A stretch of DNA of 37,717 nucleotides from a virus. Lineage: Duplodnaviria > Caudoviricetes. The DNA is taken from the IMG/VR virus record IMGVR_UViG_3300031836_000033, positions 1 to 37,717 of that record. One strand, given 5' to 3'. Made by a program: the position numbers and the translations under genes. Under the pieces are notes generated by a model. The model worked only from the letters and a program-made list of their open reading frames with translations. It had not been told where the DNA came from and did not search any database. The stretch's first letter is position 1. Each line of letters starts with the position of its first letter. Shown in pieces: positions 1-11,900 of the stretch.

Positions 1-148
1 TGCCGAGCACAGGATGATCAGCCGTGTAGCCGTCTGGAAGCTCTGATAGGTCGTATGCTGCCGCATCAATGGTCAACACTGGCGCAACGTAAGATACAGT
101 CGGCTGATCATCGTCAGACCTTAATGGCGAAAAATTAACTGTCAGCAT
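1..148 (-). CDS. Tail fibre assembly-type protein, 5' part only (runs off window)
   Basis: ATG at 148 overlaps the fibre stop (TGATG); reads MLTVNFSPLRSDDDQPTVSYVAPVLTIDAAAYDLSELPDG, like proteins that follow Pseudomonas phage fibres. Confidence 0.7.
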   Translation of the reverse strand, partial: MLTVNFSPLRSDDDQPTVSYVAPVLTIDAAAYDLSELPDGYTADHPVLG

Positions 149-1650
149 CAGTACCACCTCCCGTAAGCCACCAGTTCAAAATCGCAAACGTCCCCCGAAG
201 CAAATCCCGCATTACTCCGCGCCCTAAGCGGCAAAGACGTGATCGAGCCTGCCGCTGCCGGTGCTTCTGCGTTCCAGAAAACAATGAACCCAGTGCCGCC
301 GCGCCTTACCTGCCCAGTGCCGGGAATCACAACAGGCAGCGAGCCAACATAGGCTGCCGGATAAGTCCAAGCGCCGCGCAGTTCGCTGGATGATGCGAAA
401 AAGCTCACAAGAACCCTCGCGTAGCAGATCAAAGTGCCGTCTGCATACTTAATGAAATTGCCGTTTGCATTGCTCCCGATCTCAATTATTGCCCCGACAG
501 GTACGCCGCCCACTTGAGATACGGCTCCGATGATGCTGTCTCGACTATAAAGCGAGCCCGTTGTTCCGAGTGCCGTGCGGATTGCTGCGCTCCCCAGCCC
601 CAACGCACTCCGCCCCGCAGCAGCATCAGCACTGGCAACAAGGCCGCGCCCAAATACCGAGCTGATGCCATTCCACCAAGCCGTTATAGCCTGCCGCACT
701 CGCAGCGCTGTCCAAGCCCGCCGCGTAGTCGCTGCACCTGCCTCGGCCTCGGCTTGGTCTACCGTCGCTGCTGTCCACTCGCGGGCGTCGGTGAATCTTG
801 CGTCACCCGTGCTGGCTTTACCCGACAGCGTAGTGGTAAGAGCAGCATTGGTAGGCAGCGCCCCGAGCTTGGTTTGCTCGCTAGTCGTGTAGTCCTCGGT
901 GCTTAGCTGTTTGCCGGCGACCTTATCGACCTTGGCATCAAGCGCGTTTTGCAGCCCGGCAATATTGCTTATGCCGAGCGCATCCAGCGTGGCCCGGTTC
1001 AACTCGATGAAGTCAACAATCTCTTGCAGGGTATCGAGGTTGATATTGTCGGAGTTGAGCAGTGTCTCGATGTTGTCGATCAGTCCTTTCAGCACAACAC
1101 CCTGATTTGCACTCAGAGGGCGTGCCGGGTCGTTCGTGATCAGGTTATCGGCAATAGCAGACAGATTGATCTTTGCAGCGGCAACGGCATCCAACTCCGC
1201 CTGCGTGGCCATATCCACAGCAAAGCCGGGGTTCGGGAACGTGCCAGACAGTACGCCCCCTGCGCCGCCTGTTGGGGGGCGGGCATTGCTCAGGCGTGCG
1301 TCGGTGTCGTCAACCTTTTCATCCAGCAGCGTATCCACTTCGCCCTTGCTATACCGATCCGCCAGAGCCAGCGTCACCTGCTGCACAAAGGCCAGATAGT
1401 CGTCGCCATCCACCTTTTCGCCAAATAGCGCCATCAGGTCAGCCTGGGTCGTAATGTCGCCAACAATGCTGCCCCATGGACGATTGAGTGGATCAGTCAT
1501 AATCTCTGTGCCATCTTCCAGCACAATGACCAGTCGGCCATCTGCGTCGAAGTCGGCAGAGGCTACGGTGGGGCCGGGCCTGCCGCGCACTGCGGTTTTG
1601 ACTACAGATTTGCCCGGACCCTGGCGCACAGCAATGACTTTATTCGACAC
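148..1650 (-). CDS. Tail fibre protein (500 aa)
   Basis: Fibre motifs KVDKVAGKQLSTEDYTT and ARSALGLGSAA-like; C-terminal GSNANGNFIKYADGTLIC...AYGRWY typical of Pseudomonas phage fibres. Confidence 0.85.
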   Translation of the reverse strand: MSNKVIAVRQGPGKSVVKTAVRGRPGPTVASADFDADGRLVIVLEDGTEIMTDPLNRPWGSIVGDITTQADLMALFGEKVDGDDYLAFVQQVTLALADRYSKGEVDTLLDEKVDDTDARLSNARPPTGGAGGVLSGTFPNPGFAVDMATQAELDAVAAAKINLSAIADNLITNDPARPLSANQGVVLKGLIDNIETLLNSDNINLDTLQEIVDFIELNRATLDALGISNIAGLQNALDAKVDKVAGKQLSTEDYTTSEQTKLGALPTNAALTTTLSGKASTGDARFTDAREWTAATVDQAEAEAGAATTRRAWTALRVRQAITAWWNGISSVFGRGLVASADAAAGRSALGLGSAAIRTALGTTGSLYSRDSIIGAVSQVGGVPVGAIIEIGSNANGNFIKYADGTLICYARVLVSFFASSSELRGAWTYPAAYVGSLPVVIPGTGQVRRGGTGFIVFWNAEAPAAAGSITSLPLRARSNAGFASGDVCDFELVAYGRWY

Positions 1651-2254
1651 GGGTCACCTCATTAGCAAAGCAGAAAGGGCTTACAGCAACCAAGGGGTAC
1701 ACGCGGCCAGATGGATCAATAGCCTCGGCATCCCATACCCCCGATATAAGCGGCAGCATTTCAGCCGCAGCGGCGGTCAGCTTCATCGTAAAGGTGCTGG
1801 ATGCCGGATCTACCAGGAACTGCCCGTCAGCGCCTGGCTCAGTCGTGAAGGTCAGCACTGGCTCAGTATCGCCAATGCGCCGCCGAAACATCGCGCGCGC
1901 GGTCCAGCCTGTGAGGTCGGCCAGCGCCGGATAGCGCACCACGCCACCACCAGACCATGTGCGCCGCCAACATTGACCTACGACAAAACGGCCTTCGTCA
2001 TCGAGTAGGCTCACGGTGTCTGCATCCACTACGCGCACGCTATAGTCGCCATTCAGCTCTTCAGGCTTGTTAACGCAATCAATCGTGATAGGCCAGTCAT
2101 CGGGCAGGCCATGGGCAGGAATGGTAATGCGTACCGGAACCAGCGACGGCACCCCTGTTATCTCGATAGGGGCGCCGTCACCCTCGGCATAGAAAAGGGC
2201 TTGTTCAAACGTCTTGCCCTTGGGGATAATCAGCTCAACAATAGGGGCGCTCAT
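1640..2254 (-). CDS. Tail fibre-associated structural or adaptor protein (204 aa)
   Basis: GGAG SD before MSAPIVEL; DLTGWTARAMFRR motif seen in fibre-adjacent beta-sandwich proteins; directly upstream of fibre. Confidence 0.65.
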   Translation of the reverse strand: MSAPIVELIIPKGKTFEQALFYAEGDGAPIEITGVPSLVPVRITIPAHGLPDDWPITIDCVNKPEELNGDYSVRVVDADTVSLLDDEGRFVVGQCWRRTWSGGGVVRYPALADLTGWTARAMFRRRIGDTEPVLTFTTEPGADGQFLVDPASSTFTMKLTAAAAEMLPLISGVWDAEAIDPSGRVYPLVAVSPFCFANEVTRVE

Positions 2255-2278
2255 GGCATGCTCCAGCAATTTTCCATG

Positions 2279-2306
2279 ACGCTATGTGACTGGCTTTGGT
2301 AGTCAA
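2279..2306 (-). promoter_or_regulatory. GTCACA-box promoter copy 1 (tail fibre module)
   Basis: Minus strand TTGACT-ACCAAAGCCAGTCACA-TAGCGT. Confidence 0.7.
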
Positions 2307-2329
2307 CTAAAGGGAATCAGGGAGACACA

Positions 2330-2773
2330 ATGAACAAGACAGCACGCAATATCACGATGGCAGCCCTGCTGGGGCTTGCCGCCTATGTCGCAGTCGGCCA
2401 GATAGCGAAGCCCTCAGAGCCGCAGACATTGGCAGAGGGTCTGGCGATTGCCGCCAAAAGGCTGAATAAGGAAGAGCCCGCCAAGCTGCATGAATGGGCG
2501 GTGCGCACTAATACCGTGGCCGAGGGAAATACACTGACCTACAGTATAACTATGCCCCTCCTACCTAGCTCGGATCTGGATACGGACTCAATAATGGACC
2601 TGCATAACGAGCTTAAAGGCATGATAGTGCGCGAGGCTTGTGTCGACCCTGTGATGATGGCCGGCATGCGCCAGGGCGCCAGTTATCGCTATGAGTTCCA
2701 CACCAACGACGGCAGCATGGTATCGGGGTTCGCAGCCAACAAAACGGCCTGCCTGCAAATGGGTATACGGTAA
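2330..2773 (+). CDS. Exported or membrane-anchored protein resembling the PA3611 (QSregVF)/AspS-pilotin-like family
   Basis: GGGAGA SD; N-terminal hydrophobic signal; EGNTLTYSI, C-x-D...MRQGASYRYEF and terminal Cys pattern. Confidence 0.55.
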   Translation: MNKTARNITMAALLGLAAYVAVGQIAKPSEPQTLAEGLAIAAKRLNKEEPAKLHEWAVRTNTVAEGNTLTYSITMPLLPSSDLDTDSIMDLHNELKGMIVREACVDPVMMAGMRQGASYRYEFHTNDGSMVSGFAANKTACLQMGIR

Positions 2774-2976
2774 TGCGCCCCGCGATCGGGGGCATCCTCA
2801 TGGTAGCGGGTATGATATGCCTAATGGCCCAGCCGTTTATCGGCGTGATCTTGCTGGGTATTGGCTACTGGCTATACGACATATCATCACCGGCAGAGCG
2901 TAGCGCCGCCGCCGGTAACTTCTTCGGCATTGGCGTCCTTGCCATGATCATCCTCGGCATAGCCTCCCTGCTTTAG
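2773..2976 (+). CDS. Small membrane protein (67 aa)
   Basis: TAATG coupling to upstream gene; two to three hydrophobic segments. Confidence 0.65.
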   Translation: MRPAIGGILMVAGMICLMAQPFIGVILLGIGYWLYDISSPAERSAAAGNFFGIGVLAMIILGIASLL

Positions 2977-5900
2977 AACTCGGCACCCGCCATGTCGACG
3001 ATCTTCTTCGCCAACTGATTACTGCGATCCTGCAGCTCGTTCAGTCTGCGCCGCTTCTCGGTACCGCTCATTTCCTCGTTGTCGTAGATGGCCGTCATCT
3101 GCTTACGGATGCCGCCGAACTGTTGCCGCGCCGAGCCCAGGGCGCTGCGATACTTGAGCTTGTTGCCCTCCTTCTCCATCAACGCCTCGGCTGCATCCAC
3201 TCGACCCTCTTCGCGATACGACCGCATGGTCCGGTAAATCTGGTCAGCCTCGCCCAGCATGTCGTAGAACTGCGTGTGGTATTGGGTTGAGCGCGGATCT
3301 TTGCCGCTATACAACACCTTGGCCACTGGCAGGTCAGACAGCCTGCGATCAGGTGCTTCGCCTGGCTGACCCATGTCCGCGATCAGCGTGGACATCGACA
3401 GCACATACCCGCCTAGCGTGCCGGTGTAACCCTGGATCAGGTGATCAATCTGCTTAGGGGATATCCCCATCGTAGGCCCGGTGACCTGGCCCAAGGCAAT
3501 GCCGAGCGCACTGGTGCGATTATCATAGCGCGCTTCTGGCAACTTCCCTTCATCGGCCATGCCCTCAATCGGCATGTCGCGGAAGAAGTTACGGTTAGCC
3601 TGAATCTCTCGAATCGGCTGGTAGAACTGCGGTACCGGATTGAAGGCCAGCGTCTCGAAGAAGCCTCGAGCAACAGCGCTGGTCAACTGCTCACCTGTCT
3701 GGTTGCCGGTCATCGCCATCAACATGCGCTCAGGAATAGTGCCGAACACAATGCCCAGTTCAAACGGCTTGGGTATGCGGAAATGCTCTTCGCCCAGCCA
3801 GATATGCCAATGCATATCCTTATCCCACTCTGGCAACTCCTTGTATCGCTCATCATCGCCATTGAGCCCGGCAAGCAATACGCTGAATGCCGCAATGTAT
3901 CCGCCCTTGATAGCAATCTCTTTTGCGATCAGGCTCTTGTCGCCCTTGGCTGCACGACCCAGCTTGTACAGACCTTGCAGCCTGGCGTTCAGGAATGGCA
4001 CCACGTCGGTGAACCACTGCGCTGCCGCAAAGTTACCGCGCAGGCTGTAGTCCATCAGATCCTTGGCCTCGAATGCCGCCTCGCGCTTGGACTTGCCTGC
4101 AGCAATCGATGCTTTGTAGGTAGCCAGACGGTTGGCGTTCTCGATCTTATCGCCCACGCCACGGTATTTCTGCCAGCCCTGAAGCAGCAGATCAGACATC
4201 TGCGCAGGCGTCGTGATCAGTGAACTCATGTGGCGATCGCGCGCCGCCTTGCCCATGCCTTTCTTTTCCAGGGCTCGGCGGATAATTTGCGCTGCGGCCT
4301 CGGGATCATTGCCATGCACATAGCCGCCTTGGAAGCTCGAGCCGGAAAACATCATGTCGCGGTAATCCGGATCTTCGGCAAAGGCCTGCTTGAGCCCTTT
4401 CAAAGAGTCGATGCCCAGCTTGTACCCGTCCTTGTTGATGACCCAGGCATGCGCCGCATCACGGATGAAGTTACGCAGGATGAAGTCAGGCGAAGCCGTC
4501 ACGCCGGTAGTCAGCAAACGCTTGAAGGCGCGGCCGATCTTGGTCACCGGATCATTGAATACAGTGCCCTCGATATGCTTCAGGCCGCGCAGCAGCGATT
4601 CATCGTTGACCTTGTAATACTCGCTCTTGCCATCACGCTGCGCCCGAATGACATCAGGCTCGGTCGGTGCGACCCGGCCCCATAGCTCTTCGTAGCCTCG
4701 GGTATCCAGCTTGTTAAGCTCATGCGCGATCTCAAGATGGTTGGCCGTTTCGTCCAGGCCTAATTGCTCGGCCCAGAACTCCAGCGCCACCCGATCGCCT
4801 TTGATCTTCTTGACCACCTCATTGCGCGGCACCACCATGCGCTGCCATTTAAGATCCTGATTGGTCAGATAGTCTGATCCTTTCAGGTTATCCACGACCT
4901 CAAGCAAGGCCTTGTTCTTCAGCGAAGCATCCAGGCGCTTAGTCCAATTGGTCAGAATGTTCTCGAGCAGATCATTGGTCGGCACCTTGCCGCCCTTCAG
5001 CGCCTTGATACCGGCACTCTGGTGCGACAGTCCTTTCTTGCCACGCGGCGCCGTAAACAGGCCTTCCTCGGTCACGCGGTAGAACGGAACGTAATACTCC
5101 GTCGCCCACTTGGCTCGATCATCACCCTTGACCAGTCCAGCCTCTTGCGCAACATCAAGCACCGCCTCGTTGATCTTGGCGTACTCACGGTACACGCGCT
5201 CGAACAGCGCCGCGTTATCCCCGCCCAGTGCCAGCAATTCATCAATCTCGGCATCGGACAGGTTATTCTCGCGGCCCTGCTTCTTGAGCATCTGCGCACG
5301 CTTACCGCCTAGCCAGCCCAGCCAATCGGTCAGGTTGTCGTTACCCAGCTCGCCCAGGATGTCCAGCAGGCCACGGGTGTCCGCTCGCGGCGCGATGATG
5401 CCGCCACTCCATTCCGGCGCGCCGTAGTGCATGACCGCGTGCATCACGTCCGCAATACCTGTAGCCATACGCGCAGACACATAGCCTTGGCGGTTTGGAT
5501 CGGTCACGCCTACTGCTACCTCGGCCTCTTTAATTCCGTTGAGTCCGTCGAATACCCCCTCCTTGGCGCGCTTGCCCCAATCGGCCAGCAGATTGCGAAG
5601 GTCGCCGGTCTGCATGGCCGTGATCTTCTCACGCAGGGTTTTGGCTGCCTCCGGCTTCAGACCCAGCTTGCGCAAGGCTTCGTCGGTCACGGCCTGATCA
5701 GACAGGCTAAACCGAATGTCGTTGTTGCCGGGGTCGAAGTCGCCATTGTTATCTGCGTCCTGCCCTTCAGCTTCCACGCTGAATAGACCGTCGCTGGTCA
5801 CAACATAGTTTTCCGCCAGGTAGCGCTTCGAGTCGGCCAGCATCCTTATGAGATCCGCCTTATTCCACCGAATATCAGCCCCGAAGCGCTGGCGTAAGAA

Positions 5901-8900
5901 GTTGCGTACAGCCGCGATGACGCGCTGCAGCAGACTGTTCTGCGGGTCCGTCTCAGACAGAATAGCAACGTACTCTTCGCCCACGGTCTGCTCGGCTACC
6001 GCCTTGGTCATTTCATCCAGTTGCTTGCCGTAGCGCTTGATCAGCATGTCCCGCACGTCTTTGGGCATGTCCCGATACACCTGACGCATCACGCCGTTCA
6101 GGCGATTGCCCAGCACACCTTTGATCCCGGCATGGCCGACCACTTCATGTAGCGCCACTGCATAGGCCCGATCGACTGACTCCAGATTGGCCGCGACAAT
6201 ATAGGCCCGTCCATTGCGGTACACGCCACCTACCCGGCCCTGCCAGCCACGGCGCTCGATCGCGACCTGTATGTCTTCAGGCAGCCCTGCCTCAGTCTCC
6301 ACTGCAATGACCGGAATGCCCTTGGCGCTCAGCTCGCGGGCAACGTCTTTAGCCTGATCCAGGGTGATACGCGCCTTTGGCTTGGACGACGTTGTGCGGA
6401 AACGGATGTCATTATTCTGCGGATCAAAGTCGCCGTTGTTGCCGATGGCTGATTTGATTTGCTCTGGACTGTAGGCAACCAAGTCACCGATCTGCCCGTT
6501 AGGCCTGATCTGGATTACTCCATCATGCCCTGCATCAACCGCCATCTGCTTAATCTTTGAACCGTCTAGGTTTTCTCCGACAAGATCCCTGTAATTTTTA
6601 CCATCCGGAAGGCGAGTAACTAGGTCGCTTGATGTCGTCAGAACAAGCGGGTTCTTTATAGATGCGTAAGCAGGGATCAATCGCGCGCCGTCTCCCTGCC
6701 TCAGAGCGTAACTGTTTGCATTATCCACCGACGCAGAGAAGTAGTGCCCTCGGCCCCATAGCCCTCGGTCATTGGCCCCGGTCTTTGAATTATCAAACGA
6801 ATCGAAGTCTGCAGCAGTTCCGTGATACACCACCAGCGGCCGACCTTGCTCATCCACTACCTTGCTATCGCCGAACCAGCGCTTGAACGCATCCGTACCA
6901 ACTGCGCCTGCCGCACGCTGAAACATCGGCTGGTCAGATTCTGCTGGCAGCGCCCGGTCAGCCGCAATGGCTGCTTGGCGGGCTCCGCGCAGCTCGAAAG
7001 CAAGATCCGTGACGCCGAGCTGTGACATATCCGCATATCCGCTATCACGCAGCCACGCACGCATCATGCCTACAAACTCTTCAACGATCCGACGCAGCGT
7101 GCCAGTTGTCTCGCCCATGTGCGCCATCAGCTCTTCCATCAACACCAGGCCACGGCTCTCGCTGCTGGTCGTCGGGTCGCCAGCCAAGCCCTGCTCGTAA
7201 TCGGAGAGGTCTATCCCCTGCTTCTTCGCCAGATCGCGGACGCCTTTCAGCCCGCCTACTCCGCCCAGCAACTTGCCGAGCTTGAAGCGCAGACCTCTGC
7301 CATACTTTGCGCGCAGGCCGAAATGCACGTAATGTTCGTGAAACATCGCGCCCACCGCTTCCTCTGCTGTCGGGAATCGGTCGTCAACCATATAGGTAGT
7401 GCCGCGCCAATGAACCGCCCTTACCTCTCCAGGCTGAATGCCCTGGTTCGCAGCTGCATCTTTGATATCAGATGGAAGCTCGGGATAATCAAGAAATCGA
7501 AACCGACGGGAAATGGTGTCATTACCCATCTTCCCGACGGCGAGCTTTACTACATCCCCCCTCGAAACAAAGCCAGAAGCACCGACGCTACGCCGCTGGA
7601 ATAGCACGACATTACCGTCGTCGCCCTCCTTTGACTCGACCACATTGAAGAAATTGTCATACGCCGTGCGCACTGCCGGGATCTCAGCTGCTTCTGGATA
7701 CGGATACCGGCCTCCCTCTTCAATACCCATGCCTTCCGCTGCCGCCCAGTATTCAGGTGACACGATATTGGCCAGATAGTCGTTCGAAGCCCCTTGATCG
7801 CGCATCTTCTCGATCGCATAGCTCTCAAAAGCCCGAGCGGTCATTTCCCGCGTCGTACTCCAGTACGCCTTAGATCGAGTGGTATCCAGGGACTGTGAGC
7901 GGGCCAGCATGCCGGAGCGGTTTACAGTTCGAGTAACTTCGCGGAATGCCTCGACTACTTCCTGCCTTACGTTGCCGTCAGGCGAGCCCTCGGTTGCAAA
8001 GGACTGGCTGCTTGCCGCCCCGCGCGCCCGGGTGAAGTAGTTATCCAGGGCATGCCACCATTCATGAGCAAGCGTGCCGGCGCCGTCATTCTTGGTCAGG
8101 TTGATGACAATGCGCCCAGACTCATAGTGCGCAGCTGCTGAATTCTTGCCGCCCTTCCCCCGCGCACCGAATGCCAGACCCAGCTCGCCATTAAGAGACA
8201 GTGCGCGTGCAGGCACATTCAGGATGCCGGCCAGGTCCAGCAGAGCATCATAGGCCCGGTTCATATCCTGCTGACGGCGACCCTGTTCGACGTAGTTGCC
8301 GAACTGCACCCCCCGAAATCCAAAAGCCTCGGCAAACTCTTCAGGGCTCACATCACCATTGGCGCGGTGATCGGCACCAACTCGAGGTGAATTGGTTTCT
8401 TTGCGGTGCTTGGGCAGATCCTTCATCTTGGCCAGCGTCGACTCAAGCCCTTCCTGATTATCTTGCAGGTGGGCGCGCGCCTCCTTGGCTGAATCGAACC
8501 CATCTTTGATACGCACCACTTCCTTGCCGATCTTCTTGCCAATGAAGTAGTCGGTCGTGCCGCGAGTGCTGTAAATGCCGAAACGGACAGTCTTGTCTGC
8601 CTTCGCCGTCACGGAATCCAGCTTTTGATGGATCGCCTTGAATTTCTCGATCACCTCGGTCTTGGTGTCAGCGGTTGCCAGTTGACGCGGCATATTTCCA
8701 AACGCCCCGCTTTTCACTTTGCGCTCAATCGACCACTTCACCAAGGGGCGATCCAGCTTCACTCCGTTGAATATGGTGTAGGAGCCGCTGTTGACCGCAA
8801 TCCCTTTCAGCGACTTACTGTGCCCGACCACCTCGTACAGATCCACCTTGTCGACGAACTCACGAAGCACGGGATTTTTGCCTGCCTCGGCCTTCATCTT

Positions 8901-11900
8901 GGCGGCATACTCGGGATCGGCCATCACTTCCTTGGACATTTCACGCAAGGCCTCGACCTTGGTTACCCATCCGCGCAGCTTCCAGGCCACCCGAGGCTTG
9001 GGCGGAATCTCTTCACGCGCAGCCCGGATCAGGCCGACGGTCCAAGGGTCGGCGCCATTTTCTACCAGCTTCTGGTAATCCGGCTCCGGCCACGCCTGGG
9101 TCAGCGTAGACGCCGCAATATCCAGCGACTCGGCATCCTTGAGCTTTGATGCATAGTCCTTTCGCGCACCTTCCAGCTTCTCGCCGAAGTCCTCAATTCG
9201 CTCTTGCGGCGCAGGGTTGGACGTATCTGCATTTGCACTCGCAATCGTGCGCTGCTGCGGAGTCTCACCTGCCATGTTGGCGCGCGCCTGCTCGAGCGGT
9301 TCAGATTCGCTATCGATTACCTGAGTGTCTGCCGTATTTGCTGGAGGCTGGGCGGCGACTGATTCATCGCGCTCAATCGCAGCCCTTCGCGCGCCAATAG
9401 CATCATCCCCCATCAAAATAATACTCTTCTGGCTCGTTACACCGGAACCAAGTTTTGCTGACACGCCTTCTGCTGTGATACCGCCAGCCACTCCGCCAGT
9501 GACCGTGTAGCTGGCTCCATCCCAATAAACGGCATCCCCAATACTAATATTGGTTGGCGGATACTTACTGCTGTTAGTTTGCGCGCCTTGTCCGTCTTGG
9601 CTTGCACTTGGAAATTCCCGAACAACCGCAAGCAGATTATTGATATTGCGGCTAAGTCGAATGATCCGCACGTCCTCACCGGCATCCCGTTTGGCTATCC
9701 ATTGATGATGTCCGTCGAGCACGTGCCCGTCACGCGATACCAGAATTGCTCGATCACCCCCCTCGTATTCCTTTGCCGCCTCGACCTTCTTGCGCGAAAA
9801 CTCGGCCTGGGTAGGCTTGAGACTGGTAGCAGGAACGGTCGACTCGGTATGGCGAACGCCGCGGGCCTTAAGGAAATTGACCATGGCGCCGCGGTGCTCG
9901 GCCTTGATCTGCGGCATGTCTGCACGCGGAATACCCAGGGTGCCGGACTCTGCGGAAAACTGCGCCCAGTCGCCGTCAATGTCAGCGCCCTGAATAGAGG
10001 GGATTTGATTGTCGTCACGCTCCGGCGTCACTGCAGGCGCAGTGACCGGCTCAGGCGTATTAGTGGAAAGTAGATCCACCTGCCCGGCAGCCGCACCCAC
10101 ATCAGCGGTACGGTTCGATCCGGTCAGCGAGAAGTCATTGCGTTCGGAATCAGCACGGGTGCGCTGTTCCTGTTGAGTGCGTGCGGCAGTGTCGGCCTGA
10201 TCGGCATCGAGGCGCGCACGCTCCTGGCTGGCTAGCTGCTCTTCGGTTTGGCTTTCGAGGTCGAAGTCGTCGGGCTCTCGTCCAGCGGGTAGGGTTTGGC
10301 CGTCTTGGCTATCCCTGTCTCGGTCCCCCGATACCCCTTGCTGTGCAGGAACTTGGCCGCGAGCTTGGACTGTTGAGCGGTAATCGGCATTGTCTTCACC
10401 TTCACTGTTGTCGCCCGCCATGCGGGTCTGTTCGGTAGTATCGTCCAGCGCGATCAAGTCGCGGCGGATCGAATCGATGTCTTCAGGCGTCAGATCATCC
10501 AGGCTGAACGGCTCGAACTTGCCATCAAGATAAGCGTAAAGCTCCGCCTCGTCCTGCTCATCGAGGTCAAACTGGCGACCGCCAATCTGGTTGTCGACGT
10601 TATTGCGGCGCGACTCCAGGTTTATCTCGCGATCGATCTCTTGAAGGATAGCTTCATTCTGTTCGGCTTGCTGCTGGTCGACGCGCATTTCATCGGTCAT
10701 ATCCAGCATTGTCGCGATGAACCGGGCCTGTTTGGGTCCAAGCGACTTACCTGCAAGCGCCTTCTCGACGACCGCCTTGGCTTGATCGACAGATCCCGGC
10801 TTAACGCTGGGGTCCATGTTCTGCCACCACAGCGGATTGATCGACGGGGTACGCCCGGTAATCACGTCATTGGCATTGCGTACATAGGCAACGTCGCCGC
10901 CCTTGGTCAACTGCGATACCAGGCCTTGCACGCTGTTGCGATACGGCTCGGCCAGCCAACGGCCGGCACCTTGCTTGTCGGCCAGATCAAGGCCGGCCGG
11001 CATAGTGTTAGTGTTGCGTGGTTCTTCGCCTCGCTGCAGCGCCTCACTGGCCTGCACGTTCACCCGATTGACGAACGCGCGGGCCTGGCGGTCTGCACGC
11101 TCCTGCTCGAGCGCGGCCACTTTGGTGCGGTCCTGGCGCCGCGCTTCTTCAGCCGGGACGGTATTGGGCTGCACGCCTACCGGGCTCTGGCCTTCATTAA
11201 GAGCCTGGCGCATACCCGCATTGATCGGCGGCATGCCTTGGGCTTCTGCCTGCATCACGCCGTCGACATTGCGGATAGGGCCAACATTCTGCGCATTGCC
11301 CTGACCATCGACATACATAGCCTGCTCTGGTGCCGGCAGGGCCAATACGGGGGCAGGTGCAGGCAATTGCGCTGCCGCACGCGACAGTGCGCCGGCTGCA
11401 GGGTCTGGACGATCAACTGGCAGGGGCGCCGGGTTATCTTCGGTCGGGGTTGGCTGGACTTTGGATATTGCGGCTGCACTCGCGCTCACTGCGCCGCCTG
11501 TCATCGCGCCGGCTGCAAAGTCAGCAAAGGTGTCGTCGGTAATATTCTCGGTAACGTCCAGGCCATAAGCCAGATTGCGGGCACCGGTTGCGCCCATGTT
11601 CTCAACTACTTCCTGCGCGCCCTCACCGACCGCGCCTGTTGCGCCACCTGCCGCGATACGTCCGGCCTTGCTGTTGACGGCTCCGCCCATGATGGAAGGA
11701 AGGGCTTTACCGCTCGCAATTCGACTTATCAGCGCGCCGCCTACTGCGCCGCCGCCGACGCCAAACGCGCCTGCGCCCACGGTAGAATACAGCGCACCTC
11801 GATTGGCTAGCGTGTCTCTTGCTTCAGCCTCTGGGATACCTGATGCGCGCAGCTCGGCATAGGCCGGCAGCTCTGCCTGAAGATCAACGTCGGCCATCTG

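Noticed and set aside
148-560. Diversity-generating retroelement or invertible fibre tip
   Set aside because: No reverse transcriptase, template repeat, invertase or inverted fibre copy seen in the window
1688-1702. 15-bp direct match AACCAAGGGGTACAC, also at 35920-35934, as a possible att core
   Set aside because: About one such match is expected by chance in 38 kb; one copy is inside a CDS and phage genes continue beyond both
2285-2289. TGTGA within the boxes as CRP/Vfr sites
   Set aside because: Only half-sites; no TCACA at the required 6-bp spacing
10641-11810. Long plus-strand ORFs (also 3441-4223, 27111-27848, 25428-26084)
   Set aside because: Antisense shadows of GC-rich genes with no recognisable motifs
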